DNA of 41,266 bases. It comes from a virus. Both the position numbers and the translations under genes were made by a program. Positions 34,342-41,266 of this stretch are shown piece by piece. The DNA lies in the UHGV virus genome UHGV-0150473, one strand, 5' to 3'. The notes below the pieces were generated by a model. That model ran no database searches. It had not been told where the DNA came from and saw only the letters and a list, made by a program, of their open reading frames with translations. Position 1 is the stretch's first letter. Each line of letters opens with the position of its first letter.

Positions 34342-36711
34342 ATGGACTTTTATATCACAGACCGCACTTTTCAATTGAAAACAGTAACAAGCACAAACAG
34401 TGATACACCATTTAAAGTAATTTCTGCGGAAGATGTTTCTACACTTGAAACATCTTCTCGTAGAATGACAATGGAAATCAGCTTCACACCATCAACAACA
34501 GACCAAGCAAAAGACTTTTTCAAGGTAGGTAACTACGTATTGTTTATTGACTTAAATGGTAAATATGAATGGATGACAATCCTAAAATCAACACATAATC
34601 CACTTACACAGGTTAGGTCGTTAGAGTGTGAAGATGCTGGACTGGACCTACTGAACGAAACAGTAAGCACATATAAGGCAGATAAGGCATATAACGTTGC
34701 GCATTACATTAATAAGTTTACGTATGACAGTGGTTTCAAGATTGGCGTAAACGAAATATCAAAACTTACACGTAAACTTGAATGGGAAGGTGAAGCAACA
34801 GCATTAGAACGTATTCAATCAGTAGCAACACAATTTGATAATGCAGAAATAGAATTTAGATTTGAATTTATTGGAAACCAACTAAGTCAACGTTATATTG
34901 ATATTAAGAAGAAACGTGGTACAACTGATTTCCACAGAATGTATGTAAATAAAGACATTCATTCAATTGTAGTTGAAGAAGATATATACCAACTTGTGAA
35001 TGCTATCTATGCTACAGGTGGTACAGAAGAAGGTAAGGACCAACCTATTAACCTAAAAGGATTCACATGGACGGACCCAGAAGGGCGCTTTGTATTAAAT
35101 AAAAGTGATGGCGTTATACGTGATACGCAGAACATTAAGCAATGGTCAAGAGATAACACTAACTCACATTACTTCTTACAACACAAACAGTGGGAGACAA
35201 CAAACAAAACAACACTAGTAAATAACGTGGTTTCACATCTTAAAAAATACAGTCAACCAATAACTAATTACATTGTTGATATTGCAAACATTCCTGATAT
35301 TTTACAGGTAGGCGATACCGTTGAATTAGTTGACGAAAACGAAAAATTATATCTTAGTTCACGTGTTCAACAATTGACATTTCGTTATGAATCAAATACT
35401 TGTGAAGCAGTCTTATCTGATTTTGTACGTTTAGAATCTGGAATTGCTGAACAACTACGAGAAATTCAAATAAACATAAACAATAAAACAGAACAAATGT
35501 TCAATAGTGTACCACAAGTGTTTGTTCAACAGGAAGAGCCAGCAACACCAAAAGAAAATGATATTTGGTGGGTACAAGAACCAGTCGCACCAGCAGTACC
35601 TGAAACTCGTTTATTACGTTTAAATGCGGTAGCTGATACACCAACAACAGGTGATGTTATGGTAACAGCATACAAGGTGTATAAAGATGGTGTGTGGCAA
35701 GAACAAACAATTGACCAATCTGTGCTAAACATTGAAACACTTAATGCAGTAAACATCAATGGTTCAACAATCAATGGTTCTGAATTTATCAACACATGGA
35801 ATACAACAGAAGATATTGACGGTGGCAAAGCACGCAGACAAGGAACAACAGTCATTGAAAATGGGGCTATCATACAGGACAATGACACATTTATTATCCC
35901 TACAGGTTCAACAATAGAAAAACTTAGAACAGAGGAAACAACAAAAATACAATATGGTCAAGTACTAAACACCATTAATAATTATGATGTTGCAACAGGT
36001 ACTAAAATAGAACGTAAGTCAAATGGTTTATTATCAGCGAACAGAGTTTACCTAAATGAGCTTGACTATAGAACTGCCAATACTGAAATAAACCAGCGGG
36101 CAACATTAGAACCTAGAGGACTTAGCTTTGTAACAACAACTAAAGAAGGTAGCAACCCAGCGACATTAACAGGTACTACAGAGCTTTCAGGTGGTCTAAT
36201 AAAAGTTAATGGTCATAGTCCAAACATTTCAGCTTGGGGGGAAGGCATAAATACTACAAATGCTAAAAAAAATGACCTATTTAAATTTGGAGCTTTACAG
36301 GCGCTAGGCTTCAATACCACGGTTAGTGCATTAAATGGTCTAGTACAAGCCAATACGGCAAGAGACGCATTCCAAGCACAACGAGACGCAAAGATTAAAT
36401 TCCAAGGTACTGTTTTAATGCAAGGGTCAGGGGCTTCTACTGATACAGACTATGCTTATGCTAAAATGCAAGTAAAGAATAATTATAATGACTTACACAC
36501 AACCAGTGGTGGTACACACTTAATGTCCGCGCTAGGTACTGGCGATAATCGTTCAGTATTCCTGCAATGGATAGGTACAGCCACAGTTGTAATTGATGTA
36601 AAAGCTGGTCAATGGTTTGGTGTTGTTCTTGAATTACGAGATAGTAGAAATAACTTGATGGCAATGCGTTTAGTAAATGTTCAGTTAGAAGAGTTATTCC
36701 CAATTTCATAA
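34342..36711 (+). CDS. tail-associated protein Tal / receptor-binding tail fiber (baseplate hub + C-terminal RBP head)
   Basis: 789 aa after Dit; N-terminal Tal-like, C-terminal distinct domain. Confidence 0.7.
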   Translation: MDFYITDRTFQLKTVTSTNSDTPFKVISAEDVSTLETSSRRMTMEISFTPSTTDQAKDFFKVGNYVLFIDLNGKYEWMTILKSTHNPLTQVRSLECEDAGLDLLNETVSTYKADKAYNVAHYINKFTYDSGFKIGVNEISKLTRKLEWEGEATALERIQSVATQFDNAEIEFRFEFIGNQLSQRYIDIKKKRGTTDFHRMYVNKDIHSIVVEEDIYQLVNAIYATGGTEEGKDQPINLKGFTWTDPEGRFVLNKSDGVIRDTQNIKQWSRDNTNSHYFLQHKQWETTNKTTLVNNVVSHLKKYSQPITNYIVDIANIPDILQVGDTVELVDENEKLYLSSRVQQLTFRYESNTCEAVLSDFVRLESGIAEQLREIQININNKTEQMFNSVPQVFVQQEEPATPKENDIWWVQEPVAPAVPETRLLRLNAVADTPTTGDVMVTAYKVYKDGVWQEQTIDQSVLNIETLNAVNINGSTINGSEFINTWNTTEDIDGGKARRQGTTVIENGAIIQDNDTFIIPTGSTIEKLRTEETTKIQYGQVLNTINNYDVATGTKIERKSNGLLSANRVYLNELDYRTANTEINQRATLEPRGLSFVTTTKEGSNPATLTGTTELSGGLIKVNGHSPNISAWGEGINTTNAKKNDLFKFGALQALGFNTTVSALNGLVQANTARDAFQAQRDAKIKFQGTVLMQGSGASTDTDYAYAKMQVKNNYNDLHTTSGGTHLMSALGTGDNRSVFLQWIGTATVVIDVKAGQWFGVVLELRDSRNNLMAMRLVNVQLEELFPIS

Positions 36712-36714
36712 CAT

Positions 36715-36745
36715 AAAAACACCTCTTTTCAGGGGTGTTTTTATT
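36715..36745. terminator. bidirectional hairpin terminator after Tal, adjoining repeat copy 1
   Basis: ACACCtcttttcagGGGTGT + T5. Confidence 0.55.
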
Positions 36746-36807
36746 TGCATTTTAATGTATAATCACCTTACTTTGAATCTGAAACGTGCTTAGAATCGTC
36801 CTATGAA
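36740..36807 (+). repeat. 68-bp direct repeat copy 1 flanking lysis cassette
   Basis: Near-identical to 38399-38466. Confidence 0.8.
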
Positions 36808-36889
36808 GCACACTATTTCCCTTATTTAAATGCTATACTATAATAGTAGCTGAAAGGCGGTGATTATAATAAGATAGGGAGATGTAGGC

Positions 36890-37135
36890 ATGGAAGATAA
36901 GGACTTTATGGAAATAAAAGTGCAACTAGCTAGAATTGAATCAAATTTAGAAGGTATTCCAGATTTGAAAAATGAATTAAAGGCAAACAATAATTTATTG
37001 AGTGAAACACATCACCGTTCAATTCAAAATGAGAAAGACATTGCTAGTATAAATGACCGTTTAACTTGGCTAACACGCACAGTATCAGGGGCAATCATTG
37101 TTGCTGTTATTGGTGCTATTATAACTATATTATAA
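36890..37135 (+). CDS. XhlA-like lysis-associated membrane protein (hemolysin XhlA family)
   Basis: 81 aa: N-terminal coiled coil, C-terminal TM 'VSGAIIVAVIGAIITIL'. Confidence 0.6.
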   Translation: MEDKDFMEIKVQLARIESNLEGIPDLKNELKANNNLLSETHHRSIQNEKDIASINDRLTWLTRTVSGAIIVAVIGAIITIL

Positions 37136-37150
37136 GGAGAGTGTTAAAAA

Positions 37151-37383
37151 TGGATTGGAAAACACGTATCAAAAACAAAGCGTTCTGGATTGCTTTAATT
37201 CCAGCAGTAATTGTTCTGATTCAAGTTGTGGGAAACATTTTTGGATTGGACTTATCAAACCTAACTGGTTTGAGCCAACAACTAATTGATGTTGTTAATG
37301 CGGTATTCGTTGTATTAAGTATTTTAGGAGTAGTTATAGACCCAACCACAAAAGGTATTAAAGACAATAAGGAGGATAAATAA
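37151..37383 (+). CDS. holin (phage_holin_1 family)
   Basis: 'DWKTRIKNKAFWIALIPAVIVLIQVV...VVIDPTTKG' matches holin family 1 consensus; RBS AAGGAGAG. Confidence 0.75.
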
Positions 37384-37385
37384 GT

Positions 37386-38369
37386 ATGAAATTAAAAGGT
37401 ATTTTATTTGGTGCATTAGCAACCATTGGTTTGTTTGCTGGAATGCAAACAGCTAACGCATATGAAGTTAATAACGAGTTCAATTTAAACCCTTGGGAAG
37501 GTTCAGGACAGGTTGCAGTACCTAATAAGATTATCTTACATGAAACTGCTAATGAACGTGCCACAGGACGAAATGAAGCAACGTACATGAAAAACAACTG
37601 GTTTAATGCTCATACAACAGCTATCATTGGTGACGGTGGTATTGTGTATAAGATTGCACCAGAAGGCAACGTTTCATGGGGCGCTGGTAATGCAAACCCC
37701 TACGCACCTATTCAAATTGAGTTACAACATACGCATGATAAAGAGTTATTCAAAAAGAACTATAAAGCGTACATTGACTATACAAGGGACATGGGTAAAA
37801 AGTTTGGTATTCCTATGACGCTTGACCAAGGTACTTCTGTTTGGGAAAAAGGTGTTATCTCTCATAAATGGGTATCAGATTATGTATGGGGTGACCACAC
37901 AGACCCATATGGTTACTTAGCAGAAATGGGAATTAGCAAAGCGCAACTAGCTAAAGACTTAGCAAATGGCGTTCAGGGTGATTCTAAGCCGTCAAACCCA
38001 GCAACACCTAACAAACCATCTAAACCAAGTGTAACACCTCAAAAACAACGTTTTAACTATAGAGTTGATGGGTTGGAATATGTAAACGGAATGTGGCAAA
38101 TCTATAACGAACATTTAGGTAAAATTGACTTTAATTGGAATGATAACGGTATTCCAGTTAGTGTTGTTGATAAAGTAAACCCAGCTACTGGGCAACCAAC
38201 CAAAGACCAAGTTCTTTCTGTAGGTGATTACTTCAATTTCCAAGTTAATTCTGTAGGTGTAGTGCAAGAGCAAACACCTTACGGTGGTTATACATTATCT
38301 CATGTACAGTTACCAGAAGAGTTCATTTGGTTATTCACTGAAAACAAAAACACTTTATTATATCAATAA
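37386..38369 (+). CDS. endolysin: secreted peptidoglycan amidase-like hydrolase with N-terminal signal peptide and C-terminal cell-wall-binding domain
   Basis: Signal peptide MKLKGILFGALATIGLFAGMQTANA|YE (AxA site); catalytic region 'ILHETANE...NVSWGAGNANPY..IQIEL' with His residues, no Cys. Confidence 0.7.
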   Translation: MKLKGILFGALATIGLFAGMQTANAYEVNNEFNLNPWEGSGQVAVPNKIILHETANERATGRNEATYMKNNWFNAHTTAIIGDGGIVYKIAPEGNVSWGAGNANPYAPIQIELQHTHDKELFKKNYKAYIDYTRDMGKKFGIPMTLDQGTSVWEKGVISHKWVSDYVWGDHTDPYGYLAEMGISKAQLAKDLANGVQGDSKPSNPATPNKPSKPSVTPQKQRFNYRVDGLEYVNGMWQIYNEHLGKIDFNWNDNGIPVSVVDKVNPATGQPTKDQVLSVGDYFNFQVNSVGVVQEQTPYGGYTLSHVQLPEEFIWLFTENKNTLLYQ

Positions 38370-38374
38370 AACAC

Positions 38375-38408
38375 AAAAGACACCCTATAATGGGTGTCTT
38401 TATTTGCG
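38375..38408. terminator. bidirectional terminator at convergent endolysin/nrdH junction, adjoining repeat copy 2
   Basis: AAGACACCCtataatGGGTGTCTT flanked by T-runs both sides. Confidence 0.65.
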
Positions 38409-38466
38409 TTTTAATGGATAATCACCTTACTTTGAATCTGAAACGTGCTTAGAATGCTCCTATGAA
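38399..38466 (+). repeat. 68-bp direct repeat copy 2 flanking lysis cassette
   Basis: Near-identical to 36740-36807. Confidence 0.8.
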
Positions 38467-38687
38467 ACAATGGTTTCCAAGATATTTGGTGCATATCCAC
38501 CAATTACAATAGGTCCATCATTATTGAACACAACTGGTAAAGAACGAAACCCACATTCCATTAAAAATTCTAATGCTTCCAAATTTTCATCTACATTAAT
38601 TTCTTTATAGTTAACACCTAACTCTTGTAGTTTTCGTTTTGTCATTTTGCAAGGCATGCAATTGTTTTTAGTATATACTGTAATCAT
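38460..38687 (-). CDS. nrdH: NrdH-like glutaredoxin/thioredoxin-fold redoxin
   Basis: 75 aa, CMPC redox motif near N-terminus, thioredoxin-fold spacing. Confidence 0.6.
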   Translation of the reverse strand: MITVYTKNNCMPCKMTKRKLQELGVNYKEINVDENLEALEFLMECGFRSLPVVFNNDGPIVIGGYAPNILETIVS

Positions 38688-38698
38688 TTAAATTCCTC

Positions 38699-38962
38699 CT
38701 AGTTATATCCCAATCTGGTTTTTAATTTGTAAGATTCGTAACCTTTTAATCTTATACGTTCTGGAAAATCACTTATTCTTGATGTCAAAGGAATATGAAC
38801 ATCATTTGATAAACCATGCAACACAATGTTTCCTTGTTGTAATCTGAATGAACCACGTTCAACACCTAATGTATCACACAATTCGTTCATTAGTTCTTTC
38901 TTGTATTTGTTCATTTCCTTTACTGTTTTAAATTCAGGTGATTCATATTCAAATACTTTCAT
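38699..38962 (-). CDS. hypothetical protein (87 aa)
   Basis: ORF with RBS GGGAGGAAG and consensus promoter 38963-39025. Confidence 0.45.
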   Translation of the reverse strand: MKVFEYESPEFKTVKEMNKYKKELMNELCDTLGVERGSFRLQQGNIVLHGLSNDVHIPLTSRISDFPERIRLKGYESYKLKTRLGYN

Positions 38963-39025
38963 AATTGCTTCCTCCCTTTAACTTATGAACTAAGTATACC
39001 ATGTTAAAGGGAGGTTGTCAACACT
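38963..39025 (-). promoter_or_regulatory. early promoter TTGACA-17-TGgTATACT with conserved 'tagttcataag' leader
   Basis: Perfect -35, extended -10. Confidence 0.55.
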
Positions 39026-41266
39026 TTAATCAATATAATTTTTTACTTCCACTGGTTTGAACCCTTGTAATTCTCGTTCATGATGTGCTTGTTCAATACG
39101 TTCTTTCCAGTTCTCACCAAACCATAGTTCAAGCGTATCTTCTACTTGGTCAATATAGTATTGTTTGTCAACTTCATCAATTGTAATACCTTCGCCAATA
39201 GCTTCATTACTGATTGTGTAGTATTCTGGTGCGTTTGCCAATCCTTTTGTATATGAAATGTTATCCTTAAATTCATCAGCTTCAATATCTAATAATTGAC
39301 CTTCTTTGACCTTAAATAATTCTACTGCATTAGTTTTGTCTTTTACTGCGAAAACACGGTTAACCTTTTGTGCGTTGAACTCATTACTTTCACTGTCACG
39401 TGCAACTGTTCTATCAAAGGTCCAACCTGTTTTAGTAATAATTTGAAACTGTCTTAGTTCATTACATTCATTGATAAACTCTTTATAATCTTTACCAGCT
39501 ACCAGATAATTAATGAACGCATTAGATACAATGGCTTTTGACACTTTCATACCACCTGTTAAGCCAATAGCACCTTTTACTTTTACTTTTCCATTTGGTT
39601 GTACTGCAATGTAGTTATTTACATCTTTTTGCCAAATTTCACGGAACATGTCTTTATCTAGTGTAAGTCCAATCTTGTTAGCAAATTCATCTAATGCTTC
39701 ATCAATAGCTTTATCATCTGCTTCACTGTTTGGAATATATGCGTGTGCGTCCGTATTTGATTGAATAAACTGTGCTTTACCTTTAATTAATTCATACATG
39801 TTTGTCATAATCAATTGACCAGTTGCACAAACTAAGAACTGGTTTCTTGGGTCATACAAACCATTAAACTGCGCACCAGTGGCACCAAACTTAGTATTCA
39901 ATGGTAACTTGATACCGTTAATCATTACATATGTTGGTACTTCTACACCTTTAATGTTTGCCACTTCTTCACCTGAATACTTGGCGTCCATACGTTGTTT
40001 TAGTAAGTCACCATAACGGTGAATCTTATCCTTTGGAATATTTCTTGATAGTAAATTAAATTGTTCCATTGTATTTGGATATAGTGAACCCCAGTCACGC
40101 ATTGGGAACATTCCAATGTGAATGTAACTAGCTTTAGCACCATGTACACCACCACTACCAAAAATCATTGTATATCCATCTTCGTCCGTGTACTCTAATG
40201 ACACGTTCAATTTACCATCTTCATTTAGTTCAAACTCATGGTTCAAGTATGCTTCTGCGATTTCTTTTGTATTGATATTTAATCGTTTATCTAATTCTAA
40301 TGGGTCTGTCAAGTCTGGTCTTACTTCTTGTTTAGTCGCACCAAGTAACTTAGCTGTTAAATTTGCATTGGTTTGCAATAGGTCTGTCTTATCCATGTCA
40401 AACATTAAAGCAATGGTTGCTTTAGCCAATAACATACCAATATTTTGTTCAAAACGTTTTTCAGTTGCTAACACATCATTTTTACAGTATGCAATATTTT
40501 TCTCTTTCTCTTCATCTGTCAATGGTCTATCCATGTCAAAATCTACTTCTGTTTCTTTAATGTTGATACCTAAGAAAGCTGAATGCTCTTTTAAGCTAAA
40601 ACCTTTGTTATCTTGGTATAGGTCCATTCCAAATAAGGGTGTTTTATGACTATCAAACATCTTGTAAACTAGACCTCTATTATCTGATTCAATAATAGTT
40701 TTAGACATTTGATAAGCGTTTTTGCCTTGTAAATATCCACGCATTACATTGTTGTCATATGACGCATTATTATACCCAATAAACATTGAATCACGGTATT
40801 CAAGGTAAAACTTGCGTAATTCTTCAAGGTCATTATTAATAATGAACCATTCTTTTGTAAAGTAATCACGGAATACAAATAAGCTATCATGTTTAAAAAT
40901 CTCAATATCAAATAATAAGATGGTTTGTTTTGTCAATGGTTCACTTGGTTTGAATGGTGGTACATTACCTTTTGAAATACTTCTAACTGGCTTAACTGTG
41001 GCAAAACCATTACTGAACTTCAAATCAATTAGTAAACGGTCACCAACTTCAACATTTTTCCATTTGTCCCAATCATATTTGCGAAACTTCATGATGTAAC
41101 TTGTAACCTCCCTACCATCTTCTAATGACCGCAATTTAACTACCTTCATTTCTTTTCCTTTTGCTGATAATTTTTCAGTTGATTCAATGACAACCACATC
41201 ATGTTGACCAGCTCGCATAGGGTCAAGACTACGTGAATTACCTTTTAAGTTACTGAATACTTCCAA
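39026..41266 (-). CDS. DNA polymerase, family B-like, with 3'-5' exonuclease; truncated at window edge (N-terminus probably beyond 41266)
   Basis: Exo I 'LFDIEIF', Exo III 'YCKNDV'; pol motif A 'DWGSLYPNT', motif B 'KLPLNTKFG', motif C 'SNTDAH'. Confidence 0.7.
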   Translation of the reverse strand: MEVFSNLKGNSRSLDPMRAGQHDVVVIESTEKLSAKGKEMKVVKLRSLEDGREVTSYIMKFRKYDWDKWKNVEVGDRLLIDLKFSNGFATVKPVRSISKGNVPPFKPSEPLTKQTILLFDIEIFKHDSLFVFRDYFTKEWFIINNDLEELRKFYLEYRDSMFIGYNNASYDNNVMRGYLQGKNAYQMSKTIIESDNRGLVYKMFDSHKTPLFGMDLYQDNKGFSLKEHSAFLGINIKETEVDFDMDRPLTDEEKEKNIAYCKNDVLATEKRFEQNIGMLLAKATIALMFDMDKTDLLQTNANLTAKLLGATKQEVRPDLTDPLELDKRLNINTKEIAEAYLNHEFELNEDGKLNVSLEYTDEDGYTMIFGSGGVHGAKASYIHIGMFPMRDWGSLYPNTMEQFNLLSRNIPKDKIHRYGDLLKQRMDAKYSGEEVANIKGVEVPTYVMINGIKLPLNTKFGATGAQFNGLYDPRNQFLVCATGQLIMTNMYELIKGKAQFIQSNTDAHAYIPNSEADDKAIDEALDEFANKIGLTLDKDMFREIWQKDVNNYIAVQPNGKVKVKGAIGLTGGMKVSKAIVSNAFINYLVAGKDYKEFINECNELRQFQIITKTGWTFDRTVARDSESNEFNAQKVNRVFAVKDKTNAVELFKVKEGQLLDIEADEFKDNISYTKGLANAPEYYTISNEAIGEGITIDEVDKQYYIDQVEDTLELWFGENWKERIEQAHHERELQGFKPVEVKNYID

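Noticed and set aside
1-41266. Integrase/repressor lysogeny module, CRISPR array, toxin-antitoxin pair
   Set aside because: No tyrosine/serine recombinase motifs, no CI-like HTH repressor pair, no regularly spaced repeat-spacer array seen; genome appears virulent

Overview
Summary: the window is almost entirely one tailed-phage genome (siphovirus, HK97-type head) from a low-GC Gram-positive host, with about 35% GC and strong AGGAGG ribosome-binding sites (RBS). No integrase or repressor is visible, so it looks virulent. Positions 1..16776 are a leftward (minus-strand) early/replication arm. It holds a Dam methyltransferase split into two ORFs, a non-canonical SSB-like protein, an MBL-fold hydrolase, two HNH homing endonucleases, a DUF3310 protein, a Prim-Pol primase, an SNF2 helicase, a VRR-NUC nuclease, a P4/D5-type SF3 primase-helicase, and many small genes including mini-ORFs for hydrophobic peptides. 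Positions 16777..17281 are a divergent control region with GAAGAACA iterons and an AT-rich tract. Positions 17282..38369 are the rightward late arm: two small proteins, a terminase-associated HNH, a GC-rich putative cos region, a 57-aa ORF, terS (P27 family), a 588-bp structured non-coding gap, terL, portal, prohead protease, HK97 major capsid with fused scaffold domain, connector proteins, a TP901-1-like major tail protein, the G/GT chaperone pair, a 1295-aa tape measure with a lytic transglycosylase (SLT) domain, an enlarged Dit, a Tal/RBP, and an XhlA-like protein, a holin and a signal-peptide amidase endolysin. Positions 38460..41266 return to the minus strand (NrdH-like redoxin, a hypothetical, a family-B DNA polymerase truncated at the window edge). 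This suggests the early arm wraps around a circularly permuted or prophage-free assembly. The most notable findings are listed here. A 62-bp direct repeat after both the capsid and tail gene stops encodes a shared +1-frame extension reachable at CCC_UAG. A canonical -1 G/GT frameshift site is present. The lysis cassette is flanked by 68-bp direct repeats. There are two distinct promoter classes. Antisense-oriented terminators and palindromic operator-like promoters sit inside the early arm.
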